The notes beneath the pieces were generated by a model. That model had not been told where the DNA came from and ran no database searches. It saw only the letters and a list, made by a program, of their open reading frames with translations. From contig CAVVNZ010000016.1 of NCBI GenBank assembly GCA_963749735.1, forward strand, positions 81,885-145,884: DNA of 64,000 bases. Direction: 5' to 3'. How positions within the stretch are numbered: position 1 is the stretch's first letter; each line of letters opens with the position of its first letter. The translations under genes and the position numbers were made by a program. Positions 28,321 through 37,356 of the stretch are shown in pieces. Source of the DNA: an uncultured Chloroflexia bacterium (GTDB taxonomy: Bacteria; Chloroflexota; Limnocylindria; Limnocylindrales; CSP1-4).

Positions 28321-29109
28321 ATGGACCCGGGCCCCGGCGACGGCCACGATGGCCGCATGATCTGGAACCCGCGCGAGCGAGCCGCGTCGTCGATCGACGT
28401 CCTCGAGGCGCCGACGATCACACCGCGACCGTTCACCCGTCCGGCCCGGCCCTTCGCGCCGCAGCTCGAGTCGACGACGGAGGTCGCGTCGCCCGTCCTC
28501 GATGCGGTGCCGGACGTCGGGTCGGCCGCGACCGACGCGCCGGTCGGCGATCCTTGGGTCGACGCGGAGCCTCGAGCCACCACGACGCGGGTCCATCTCA
28601 TCGGGACGCACCTGCGGGCCGAGGGCGCGGTCGAGCTGGGCAACTTCCGCCGGCTGTCGGACTACGTCAACCTGCTCGACGGCTTCTTCACCATCCACGA
28701 CGTCGTCCTGCTGTCGCGTCTCGGCGAGCCGACGCGGATCACCTTCCCCGACTTCCGGGTCCGTCTCGACGATATCGCGATCGTCGGTCAGGCCGCCCCG
28801 GGCGAGTCGTCGTCGGAGGACCGCCTGATCCCAAAGCAGCGCCGCCGGCTGGTCCTGACGACCGGGGCACACATCATCTACGGCTACGCCTACCTCCACG
28901 AGCAGGCGTCGCTGACCGCCTTCGTCGACTCGACCGACCCCGAGTTCATGCCGATGACCAACGTCCGGGTCCGCTGGCTCGCCGACCGGCGCCTGGCCGG
29001 ACGGTTCCCGTTCGCGCTCATCCAGCGCCGCAAGATCATCGGGGTCGCGACCGAGGTGAGCGGCGGGCTCAGCCTGCTCGAGGGTCGGCGGGCCGCCCCG
29101 ACCTTCTGA
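28321..29109 (+). CDS. Hypothetical protein, apparent paralogue of 14808..15368
   Basis: 262 aa. After a disordered N-terminus there are two modules: RLSDYVNLL...VRLDDIAIVGQ, then HIIYGYAYL...FMPMTNVRV...FALIQRRKIIGVATE. Confidence 0.6.
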   Translation: MDPGPGDGHDGRMIWNPRERAASSIDVLEAPTITPRPFTRPARPFAPQLESTTEVASPVLDAVPDVGSAATDAPVGDPWVDAEPRATTTRVHLIGTHLRAEGAVELGNFRRLSDYVNLLDGFFTIHDVVLLSRLGEPTRITFPDFRVRLDDIAIVGQAAPGESSSEDRLIPKQRRRLVLTTGAHIIYGYAYLHEQASLTAFVDSTDPEFMPMTNVRVRWLADRRLAGRFPFALIQRRKIIGVATEVSGGLSLLEGRRAAPTF

Positions 29110-29117
29110 CCCCGAGT

Positions 29118-29816
29118 TCAGGCCGCCGCGGCTGCCGGCGGGGCAGGATCGACCCTGACCTGGCGCCGGACCCAGATCCCGAACCCGAGCGCGGCGATGG
29201 CCGGCACGGCGAACCAGACGGCCAGCAGCGCGAGGGCCGCCCGGACGATCGAGACGATGTCGCTCAGGCTCGACTCGATCTCGCCCGACCCCAGGACATC
29301 GTTGACCTGGCGGAGCTGACCGGCGAGATCGGTCAGGCTGCCGCCCAGCGCGACGAGGTTCGTCTTGTTGTCACCCAGGTTCGTGCCGAGCGTCCCGACC
29401 TGGGTCTGCAGCGTGCCGAGCTGGGTGGCGATCTGGCCGAACCGACCGGACAGCGAGGCCAGCGGTTGCTGGCCGAGGAACGTCAGCGCGGCCGAGGTCG
29501 TCTGGAGCTCCTGCAGCGTCGAGACGACGTCGGTCAGTGCCGTGTCGACCTGGGTCAGGGTCGGTCCGGCCTGGTCGAGCGTGCCGGCGAAGCTCTGGGA
29601 TGTGGTCCCGGCATGCTCGAGCGCCGTCGCCGTCCGATCGACCGTCGCCGAGATCGTCGTCAACCGGCTGCTCATCCTGCCGGCGATCCCGTCCAGCCGG
29701 TTCCCGATCGCGACGACGGCACCGAGCATGACGACGGCCATGAGGATCCCGACGACCCCGTAGACGATCAGCCCGGTCGACAGCGTCCGGAGCTGATGGG
29801 AGGTGCGATCGCTCAT
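29118..29816 (-). CDS. Membrane protein with a Thr/Gln/Leu-rich coiled-coil ectodomain (hypothetical)
   Basis: 232 aa from MSDRTSH at 29816. TM helices lie at both ends. Between them are repetitive TLxQ-type segments (TLDQAGPTLTQVDTALTDVVSTLQELQ...QLGTLQTQVGTLGTNLG). Confidence 0.6.
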   Translation of the reverse strand: MSDRTSHQLRTLSTGLIVYGVVGILMAVVMLGAVVAIGNRLDGIAGRMSSRLTTISATVDRTATALEHAGTTSQSFAGTLDQAGPTLTQVDTALTDVVSTLQELQTTSAALTFLGQQPLASLSGRFGQIATQLGTLQTQVGTLGTNLGDNKTNLVALGGSLTDLAGQLRQVNDVLGSGEIESSLSDIVSIVRAALALLAVWFAVPAIAALGFGIWVRRQVRVDPAPPAAAAA

Positions 29817-29874
29817 GCTGGTGGTCCTCCGGGGCGGCCGTTCACGATGTGATGGTGCCAGTATCCTGACGGCG

Positions 29875-31302
29875 ATGTCCGCGATCGATGTCCCCGGCCC
29901 CATCCGCCCGAGCCTCGCAGCGCGGGCCGCCTACCTGGCCGCCGTCCGGGGATCGCTGCCCGGATTGCGGCTGCTGACCGACGAAGTCGACCGGGAGTCG
30001 TACCGGCGCGACGAGACCGCCTATCTCGAGCCGCCCCTGCCGATCGGCGTGGCGTTGCCGACGACGACGGCCGAGGTCGCCGAGCTCGTCCGTCTGGCGG
30101 CGATCCACCGGGTCCCCGTCGTCCCGCGCGGCGCGGGCACGGGTCTGAGCGGCGGCGCGGCCGGCGTCGACGGTGGCCTGACGATCGCCTTCACCCGGAT
30201 GGACCGCGTGCTCGAGATCGACCGCGACAACCTGGTGGTGGTGACCCAGCCGGGCGTCGTGAACGCGGACCTCAAGAAGGCCGTCGCGGCGGAGGGCCTG
30301 TTCTACGCGCCCGACCCGGCGAGCTACGAGATGTGCACGATCGGGGGCAACCTCGGCACCAATGCCGGCGGCCTGTGCTGCGTCAAGTACGGCGTGACCC
30401 GCGACTCGGTCATCGGGCTGGAGATCGTGACGGCGGACGGGTCGGTCGTCCGGCTCGGCGGGCGGACGACCAAGGACGTCGCCGGGTACGGCCTGATCCC
30501 GCTCATCGTCGGCAGCCAGGGAACGCTCGCGGTCGTGACCGAGGCGACCCTCCGGCTGCGGCCGACGCCCCCGCCCAAGGCGACCCTGGTGGCGTTCTTC
30601 GCGGCCCTCGACGACGCGGGTCGCGCCGTCGCGGCGATGATCGATGCAGGCGTGGAGCCGTGCACCCTCGAGCTGATGGACCGCACCACGATCCGGGCGG
30701 TCGACGACATCCACCAGCTGGGTCTCGACCGGGACGCCGCGGCGATGCTGCTGATCGAGTCCGACCTCCCCGGGTCGGCCGCCGGCATCGCCCTCGAGGC
30801 AGCCGCCCGAGCGTGCGACGGAGCCGGCGCGACGGGCACGCTCATCGCGACGGATCCGCAGGAAGCGGACTGGCTGCGCCAGGGGCGGCGCATGGCGTTC
30901 AACGCGATGGAGCGCCTCGGGGTGGCCCGGATGGAGGACGTCGGGGTACCGCGCGGGCGGGTCACCGACCTGCTCCGGGAGATCGAGCGCATCGCGGACG
31001 ACCAGGGCCTGACGATCGCCACGTTCGGTCACGTCGGCGACGGGAACCTCCACCCGAACATCATCCTCGACCGCGATGACCCGGACGGCGAGGCGCGGCT
31101 CAAGCGGGCGACCGACGCGTTGTGCATCGCCGCGATCGAGCTCGGCGGGACGGTCACGGCGGAGCACGGGATCGGGATCTCGCGCCGGGACTTCCTGGAA
31201 CGACAGCGCGGCGCCGGCGCCGTGGCGATGATGCGCGCGATCAAGGATGCGCTGGACCCGCTCGGGATCCTGAACCCTGGCAAGGTCCTGGCGGAGCGCT
31301 GA
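29875..31302 (+). CDS. FAD-linked oxidase (GlcD / D-lactate dehydrogenase-like)
   Basis: It starts MSAIDVPG at 29875. It has VVPRGAGTGLSGGA, NAGGLCCVKYGVTRD and TAEHGIGISRRDFL. Confidence 0.85.
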   Translation: MSAIDVPGPIRPSLAARAAYLAAVRGSLPGLRLLTDEVDRESYRRDETAYLEPPLPIGVALPTTTAEVAELVRLAAIHRVPVVPRGAGTGLSGGAAGVDGGLTIAFTRMDRVLEIDRDNLVVVTQPGVVNADLKKAVAAEGLFYAPDPASYEMCTIGGNLGTNAGGLCCVKYGVTRDSVIGLEIVTADGSVVRLGGRTTKDVAGYGLIPLIVGSQGTLAVVTEATLRLRPTPPPKATLVAFFAALDDAGRAVAAMIDAGVEPCTLELMDRTTIRAVDDIHQLGLDRDAAAMLLIESDLPGSAAGIALEAAARACDGAGATGTLIATDPQEADWLRQGRRMAFNAMERLGVARMEDVGVPRGRVTDLLREIERIADDQGLTIATFGHVGDGNLHPNIILDRDDPDGEARLKRATDALCIAAIELGGTVTAEHGIGISRRDFLERQRGAGAVAMMRAIKDALDPLGILNPGKVLAER

Positions 31303-31329
31303 TGGCGCCATGGCCGACGGGGCCCGGGT

Positions 31330-32133
31330 TCAGGCGCGGAGCCGGTCGATCCCGGGGGTCCAGATCGCCTGCTCGTCGGTCGTGATCGCATAGGCGTCGT
31401 ATCCGGGGTGCCGGGCCACCCAGGCGGGACCGTCGAGGCCCAGGACGAACGCGATCGTGGCGTAGGCGTCGGCGTAGGTCGGGCTCGGGCCGGTCACCGT
31501 GGCGCTCAGGAGCCCGACCGCCGGGCGGCCGGTGCGGGGGTCCACGATGTGGTCGCCCCGCTCGTACGCCCCGGACGTCGCGACGGCCAGGTCGCGGACC
31601 TCGAGCACGGCGGCGAGGCGATCCTCGATCCGCGGATGGCGGATCCCGACCCGCCACGCCCGACCCCGCTCCGGCTCGCCGCGGGCGACGATGTCGCCGC
31701 CGGCGTTGATCGCGAAGTCCGTCGCGCCGGCCTGCTCCAGCAGGAGCGCGGCCTCCTCGGTGGCCCATCCCTTGACCAGGCCGGTCGGGTCGGGCCGGCC
31801 GTCCGCCCGATGCCGTCGGATGTCGAACGCGCCGTCGCTCGTCCGGCGGAGGTCGTCGCACAGGCCGAGGATCGCCCGCAGGTCGGCGGCGGCGTCCGCC
31901 GCCTCGAGCTCGCCCCGGATGAGGCGGCTGACCTCGCTGTCGGGCCGGAACGGGCTGAAGCGGGCGTCGAGGTCGTGGAGCAGCGCGATCGCCTCGTCGA
32001 CGGCCCCCGGTCGGACGCCGTCGCCACGAACGTCGAAGACGAACACCGTGCCCATGATCCGCTCGACGCGATGCAGCGGACCCGGGGCCTCGTCCGGGTC
32101 GAGCGGCCGCGCGAGGACGGCGGGCTCAGCCAT
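31330..32133 (-). CDS. apbE: FAD:protein FMN transferase (ApbE family)
   Basis: 267 aa. It has IMGTVFVFDV, SEVSRL, TGLVKGWATEEA, INAGGDI, VATSGAYERG and YADAYATIAFVLG. There is no signal peptide or lipobox at the N-terminus. Confidence 0.85.
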   Translation of the reverse strand: MAEPAVLARPLDPDEAPGPLHRVERIMGTVFVFDVRGDGVRPGAVDEAIALLHDLDARFSPFRPDSEVSRLIRGELEAADAAADLRAILGLCDDLRRTSDGAFDIRRHRADGRPDPTGLVKGWATEEAALLLEQAGATDFAINAGGDIVARGEPERGRAWRVGIRHPRIEDRLAAVLEVRDLAVATSGAYERGDHIVDPRTGRPAVGLLSATVTGPSPTYADAYATIAFVLGLDGPAWVARHPGYDAYAITTDEQAIWTPGIDRLRA

Positions 32134-32656
32134 GCGCCTGGTCGAGCGCTGCCTGGAGCGATCGCTCGTAGGCGATGCTGGTGTAGGTCGCCCCGGAGAC
32201 GAGGTCGATCTGGGCGTTCTGCGCCTGGACCGCTTCGCTCTGCAGGATCGGCTCGGCGTACTGGCTGATCATCTCGGATCGCGGGTGGTCGGACGGGAGC
32301 TCGAGGGCGGTCACGTCGGAGACCTTGCCCCCGGCGATCGTCACCTGGACCTGGACCGGTCCGTAGCGCGTATCGACGACCGGACCGGTGACCGTCCCGT
32401 CCTTGTACGAGCCGCCGGCCGGCGCGGCGGTCGCGGCCGGGGCCCGGGTCGGGGTCGGGGTCCGGGTCGCACCGCCCGCCCCCTGCTGCCCGGCGGGAGT
32501 TCGGGTCGGGGCGGCCGACGCACCGGCCACCACCCCGACGGGACCCTTCGACGAGCCGAGGGTCGTGCCCAGCCGATCGTCCGGCGTCTTGAAGCTGAAC
32601 AGCAGCACGAGCGCGAGGGCCGTGGCGGAGATGGCGATGACGGCGCGTTTCGGCAT
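32126..32656 (-). CDS. Membrane-anchored FMN-binding domain protein (putative ApbE substrate)
   Basis: 176 aa. It has an N-terminal anchor (MPKRAVIAISATALALVLLFSF) and a P/T/A linker. The FMN-binding domain carries DLVSGAT at 32186-32206. Confidence 0.8.
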   Translation of the reverse strand: MPKRAVIAISATALALVLLFSFKTPDDRLGTTLGSSKGPVGVVAGASAAPTRTPAGQQGAGGATRTPTPTRAPAATAAPAGGSYKDGTVTGPVVDTRYGPVQVQVTIAGGKVSDVTALELPSDHPRSEMISQYAEPILQSEAVQAQNAQIDLVSGATYTSIAYERSLQAALDQAHG

Positions 32657-32671
32657 GTCGGGGTCCTCGGG

Positions 32672-34063
32672 TCAGTAGACGAAGCGTTCGGAGTGGATCT
32701 GCTCGGCGGCGACCCCGAGGACGCGCAGCGAGCGCTGGGTCGCGTCCATCATCGGGGTGGGTCCGCACAGGAAGACGTCCCGGTCGGCGACGTCCGGGAC
32801 GAGCGTCGAGAGCGATTCCGGGCCGAGCGGATCGGCCGGGAGGTCCCAGCTTCCGCGCGCCCCGACGAGGTAGTGGACGGTCGCGCCGCGAAGACGGGCG
32901 ATCGCGTCGATCTCGGCCCTGAAGACGAGGTCCGCCTCGCGTCGGACCCGGTAGATCAGCGTCAGGTCGCCATGTCGACCGGGCAGCTCCTCGAGCAGCG
33001 CGCGGAGCGGTGTGATCCCGATCCCGCCGGCGATCAGCAGGACGCGCGACCTCGTCCGCCGCGCGCCGGTCAGCGCGCCGTACGGACCCTCGACGTAGAC
33101 CCGCGTGCCGAGCGGAACGTCCTGGAGCCGGGCGGAGTCATCCCCGAGGTCCTTGACCGTCAGGCGCAGCCAATCCCCGTTGGGGGCGGCCGAGATCGAG
33201 AATGGATGGGCGCGCCACCAGCCGTCGCGGGCCAGGAACCGACAGACCAGGTACTGGCCCGATCGGATCGCCAGCCGGTCGAGGTCGCGTCCGGTCAGGT
33301 AGATCGAGACGACTCCGGGAGCCTCCCGGACGACGTTGGCGACCCGCAATCGGTGGCGCAGCGAGGTCCGGATCGGCTGCCCGAACCGGAAGACGAGGAT
33401 GGCCGCGACGGTCAGGGCATAGAGCCCGATCCAGTACAAGCGGGCCATCGGATCGTCGGCGAAGTCGGCCCCGACCACGAGCTGATGGGCGAAGGTCAGG
33501 GCGACGGCCAGGTAGGCGTACAGGTGGATCCCGTGCCATGCCTCGTACGACAGGCGTTGGCGGGCCGCCCGCATCGAGCTGATCGCGACCGCCACGAACA
33601 GCGCGAACCCGGCGACCGCCCACAGCACGAACGGGTACGTCGTGACGAGCGTCCAGGCCTCGCCGACCACCGTCTGGCCGTCGCCGAGCCCATAGCCGAT
33701 CGTCGTCGTCAGGGCATGGATCCCGAGCAGCCAGACACAGCCGAACCCGACCCAGCGGTGAGCCGCGGCGAGCCGGTCCATCCCGAACGACTGCTCCAGC
33801 CATGGGCTGCGCGACATGAGGACGAGCTCGATCAGGACAAGGTACGTCCCGAACAGGGCCGTCAGCTGTCCGACCGCGGTGAGGAAGCCCGCCGCCGTGT
33901 CGAGCCCGGAGGTGCCCCCATGGCGGACCCACATGGCCGCGATGAGCAGGCCGTTCCCGACGAGGAGCGCGACCACGTCGGACGCACGCAGGGACCACGT
34001 CCGCGGACGGGTCACCCGGCGGAGGGCGCTGGGCGCGGCGGAGCTGGCTGGGCTGTGGGTCAT
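32672..34063 (-). CDS. NOX/FRE-type ferric-reductase-like transmembrane flavocytochrome
   Basis: His pairs occur in the TM helices (HRWVGFG..GIHAL; WHGIHLYAY..FAHQL). The FAD motif is RAHPFSIS, and the NAD(P)H motifs are LLIAGGIGITP and FLCGP. I start at the ATG at 34063 because the 30 codons above it (track start 34153) mostly end in A or T. Confidence 0.8.
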   Translation of the reverse strand: MTHSPASSAAPSALRRVTRPRTWSLRASDVVALLVGNGLLIAAMWVRHGGTSGLDTAAGFLTAVGQLTALFGTYLVLIELVLMSRSPWLEQSFGMDRLAAAHRWVGFGCVWLLGIHALTTTIGYGLGDGQTVVGEAWTLVTTYPFVLWAVAGFALFVAVAISSMRAARQRLSYEAWHGIHLYAYLAVALTFAHQLVVGADFADDPMARLYWIGLYALTVAAILVFRFGQPIRTSLRHRLRVANVVREAPGVVSIYLTGRDLDRLAIRSGQYLVCRFLARDGWWRAHPFSISAAPNGDWLRLTVKDLGDDSARLQDVPLGTRVYVEGPYGALTGARRTRSRVLLIAGGIGITPLRALLEELPGRHGDLTLIYRVRREADLVFRAEIDAIARLRGATVHYLVGARGSWDLPADPLGPESLSTLVPDVADRDVFLCGPTPMMDATQRSLRVLGVAAEQIHSERFVY

Positions 34064-34264
34064 GTCGTCAGGATGGTCGTCGGATGTGAGATGTCTCTGA
34101 GAACCTCGGTCCGGACGACCAAGGATCGGTAAAGGTTTCTTCATCGTGGCCACAGGTCGCTCTCATGACCGTCTCAGCGCGGATGCGTCTACTGGGTCCT
34201 GGTGGACCCGGCTCGAGCGGTGGTCGGCAAACCTCCTCCCCAACACTAGCGCGAGGCGACTCGG

Positions 34265-35466
34265 ATGAGATGGAAAGTCCCGGCGGCGATCGTGCTGCTG
34301 GTGGTCGGTGTGGGCGCGGTCGTGTTCGCGATCACCGGCGGTCCGGGCGGGAGCCGCGCGAGCGGACCGCAGTACCTGACCGCGACGGCGACGAGCGGCG
34401 ACATCGCGCAGACGGTCGACGCGACGGGCACCCTCACCCGGGCGACGAGCTACGGCCTCGACTTCGGAGCGGCTCCGGCCGCCATCGACGCGAGCAGCAC
34501 GGGTGGCAGCGGGTCCGGGACGTGGTCGGTCAAGGAGGTCAAGGTCGCGGTCGGCGACACGGTCAAGAAGGGCGCCGTCCTGGCGAAGGCCGACGCGACG
34601 ACGCTGGAGCGGAACCTGTCCGCGGCCGAGTCGAGCCTCCGCGCCGCGAAGAGCCAGAAGACCATCGCCAAGGAGAACCTCGATGCCGCGGTCGGGACCG
34701 ATGCCCGGCGTCAGGCCCGGATCGGCTACGACAACGCCGCCTCGCAGTACCTCCAGGCCCAGGGCAACGCGGCCGACCTCCGCGAGCAGGTCGCCAGGAC
34801 GACGATCGTCGCCCCGGCCGACGGGACGGTGACCGCGGTCGCGGCCGTGGCCGGGACCGACCTCACCAGCGGTCCGGCGATCACGCTGGCCAGCGGCCCG
34901 CTGCAGGCCACCGCGGATTTCACCGAGACGGACCTGCCGTCGCTCAAGCTCGACCAGCCCGCGACGGTCACGATCGACGCCATCGGGGCGAACGTCCCCG
35001 GCAAGGTCGTCGCGATCGCACCGTCGGCGGCGAGCTCGTCCGGGAGCGTCGTGACGTATGCGGTGACGGTCGAGCTGACCGACCCGCCGGCGGCGGCTCG
35101 GCCGGGGATGAGCGCGAACGCAGCGGTCACGACCGCGGAGGCGTCCGGGGTGATCTCGGTCCCCGCCGTCGCGCTGAACGGGTCCGCTCCGACCTACACC
35201 GTGCTCGTGATGGCATCGGACGGAAGCGTCCAGACGCGTGACGTGACGGTCGGACTGGTCACCTCCAGCCAGGCCGAGATCCAGAGCGGGTTGCAGCCCG
35301 GCGAGGCGGTGGTGATCGGGACGACCGCGACCCAGAACCAGACGACGACCACGACCGGCGGGTTCGGCTTCCCGGGCGGGGGCGGCTTCCAGCGAGGCGC
35401 CGGGGGCGGCGGCAACGGCGGTGGCGGCAACGGGGGCAACGGGGGCAACGGGGGAACCGTCCATGA
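34265..35466 (+). CDS. Efflux membrane-fusion (HlyD/MacA-like) adaptor protein; no in-frame stop codon
   Basis: It has an N-terminal TM helix, a coiled-coil, a barrel region (TIVAPADGTVTAV...LKLDQPATVTIDA...VTYAVTVEL) and a Gly/Asn tail. Its frame stays open through the out-of-frame ATPase gene to 37345. The TGA at 35464-35466 (ATGA with the next start) would be reached after a 1-nt insertion. Confidence 0.75.
35426..35452 (+). repeat. Three perfect 9-bp tandem units (ggcaacggg), each creating a G5 run
   Basis: Read directly at 35426-35434, 35435-35443 and 35444-35452. They encode the GGN tail of the adaptor protein, 11 nt before the ATPase start. Confidence 0.9.
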
Positions 35467-36137
35467 CCGCTCCGCTGATCACCCTCGAACGGATCAGCCG
35501 CGTCTACCAGACGGGCCGGTTCGAGGTCCGCGCCCTCGACGGCCTCGACCTCACCGTCGAGCGCGGCGAGTTCCTGGCCATCGTCGGACCGTCCGGGTCG
35601 GGCAAGTCGACCCTGATGAACATCGTCGGCTGTCTGGATCGGCCGACCGCCGGCCGGTACGTGCTGGACGGGACGGCCGTCGAGGAGCTCGACGACGACG
35701 GTCTCGCGGAGGTCCGCAGCCGGTCGATCGGCTTCGTCTTCCAGTCGTACAACCTCCTGCCGCGGACCAGCGCGCTCGACAACGTCGCGATGGCCCTGGC
35801 CTACCAGGGCGTCGGTCGCAAGGAGCGCCATGCCCGGGCGAGCGCATCGCTCGAGCGGCTCGGACTGGGCGACCGGATGGACCACGAGCCGACCGAGCTG
35901 TCCGGCGGCCAGCAGCAACGGGTGGCGATCGCCCGTGCGCTCGTCACCGAGCCGGCCCTCCTCCTGGCCGACGAGCCGACCGGCAACCTCGACACGGCCA
36001 GCGGCGACGACGTGATGGGGATCCTCCGCGAGCTCCATGCGACCGGCCGGACGATCGTCCTGATCACCCACGACGCCGACGTCGCCGCCCGAGCGGACCG
36101 ACAGGTCCACGTCCGCGACGGACGGCTCGTCGCGTGA
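35463..36137 (+). CDS. ABC transporter ATP-binding protein (MacB/LolD-type)
   Basis: It starts MTAPLITLERISRVY. It has GPSGSGKST, LSGGQQQRVAIARAL and LLLADEPTGNLD. Confidence 0.9.
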   Translation: MTAPLITLERISRVYQTGRFEVRALDGLDLTVERGEFLAIVGPSGSGKSTLMNIVGCLDRPTAGRYVLDGTAVEELDDDGLAEVRSRSIGFVFQSYNLLPRTSALDNVAMALAYQGVGRKERHARASASLERLGLGDRMDHEPTELSGGQQQRVAIARALVTEPALLLADEPTGNLDTASGDDVMGILRELHATGRTIVLITHDADVAARADRQVHVRDGRLVA

Positions 36138-37345
36138 GCCCGCTCGACCTCATCCGTCTCGCGCTCGCCCGGCTCCGCTCGAGCCGGCTCCGGGCCGCCC
36201 TGACGATGCTCGGGGTCATCATCGGCGTCGGCTCGGTCGTCGCCCTCGTGGCGGTCGGCCAGGGGGCGACCAAGGGCATCACGACCCAGCTCGAGGGTCT
36301 CGGCACCAACCTCCTGACGGTCAACCCCGGGAGCTCGACGACCTTCGGGACGCGCGGGGCGGCGGGGTCGGCGACGACCCTGACCATCGACGACGCCAAC
36401 GCGCTGGCGACGATCCCCGGCGTGGCCGCCGTGGCTCCCGAGCTGACGACCCAGAAGCTGGTCATCGCCGGGAAGGAGAACACGACGACGTCGATCGTGG
36501 GCACCTCGGCGCAGTACGGGACGGTCCACAACCAGACGATCTGGCAGGGCTCGTTCCTGACCGAGCCGGCGACCGACCTGGGCCTCCGTGTGGCGGTCCT
36601 CGGCGCGACGACGGCCAGCGACCTCGGCCTCGGGGCGGATGCCGTCGGGACCGACATCTCGATCGGCGGGATCCCCTTCCGGGTCGTCGGCATCATGCAG
36701 CCCAAGGGCGGGGCGGGACCGCTCAACCAGGACGACATGATCGTCGTTCCGCTCAAGGCGGTGAAGAGCAACTTCGTGTCGGGCGACTCGGTCCGATCGA
36801 TCGGCGTCAGCGTGGCGACGGCCGATCAGATGGACCTGGTCAAGGCCGAGATCACGACCGGGCTCAAGTCGCGACACGGGCTGGGGGCGGCCGATGCCGC
36901 CGACTTCACGGTCTTCGATCAGGCCCAGCTGCTGACGACCGTGAACTCCATCACCGGGCTGCTGACGGTCCTGCTGGCCGGGATCGCCTCGATCTCGCTG
37001 ATCGTCGGCGGCATCGGGATCATGAACATCATGCTCGTCTCGGTCCGGGAGCGGACCCGCGAGATCGGCATCCGCAAGGCGATCGGCGCCAAGAGCCGAG
37101 ACATCCTCTTCCAGTTCCTCATCGAGGCCCTCGTCCTGTCGGTCCTCGGTGGGTTCATCGGCATCCTCGTCGGCCTCGGAGCGACCGCGGCCATCGGAGC
37201 CATCGCCGGGTGGGGCTTCGTGTTCAGCCCGGCGACCCTCGTCGTGGCCCTGCTGTTCAGCCTGGCCGTCGGCGTGATCTTCGGCGTGTGGCCCGCGCGG
37301 CAGGCCGCCCGTCTCGACCCCATCGCCGCCCTTCGCTACGAGTAG
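36134..37345 (+). CDS. ABC transporter permease (MacB/FtsX-type)
   Basis: The GTG at 36134 overlaps the ATPase stop (GTGA). It has an N-terminal TM helix, a periplasmic core domain and an FtsX block (MNIMLVSVRERTREIGIRKAIGA). Confidence 0.9.
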   Translation: MSPLDLIRLALARLRSSRLRAALTMLGVIIGVGSVVALVAVGQGATKGITTQLEGLGTNLLTVNPGSSTTFGTRGAAGSATTLTIDDANALATIPGVAAVAPELTTQKLVIAGKENTTTSIVGTSAQYGTVHNQTIWQGSFLTEPATDLGLRVAVLGATTASDLGLGADAVGTDISIGGIPFRVVGIMQPKGGAGPLNQDDMIVVPLKAVKSNFVSGDSVRSIGVSVATADQMDLVKAEITTGLKSRHGLGAADAADFTVFDQAQLLTTVNSITGLLTVLLAGIASISLIVGGIGIMNIMLVSVRERTREIGIRKAIGAKSRDILFQFLIEALVLSVLGGFIGILVGLGATAAIGAIAGWGFVFSPATLVVALLFSLAVGVIFGVWPARQAARLDPIAALRYE

Positions 37346-37356
37346 GAGAACCGACC

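Noticed and set aside
34064-34153. 30-codon N-terminal extension of the ferric-reductase-like gene (track start at 34153)
   Set aside because: The codons mostly end in A or T, unlike all confident genes here. I treat the stretch as intergenic and use the ATG at 34063.
35426-35452. Short tandem repeats considered as a possible CRISPR array or other repeat array (also 2621-2692, 14782-14820 and 37666-37810)
   Set aside because: The units are 9-14 bp, contiguous and without spacers, and most are in-frame codon repeats for low-complexity peptide. This is not CRISPR architecture.
34265-37345. The 1026-aa ORF taken as a genuine adaptor-permease fusion protein
   Set aside because: The central 670 nt or so are the ATPase gene read out of frame, giving Arg/Pro-rich nonsense. 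The ATPase has its own start and canonical motifs in another frame. The continuity comes from a missing stop together with stop-poor high-GC sequence.
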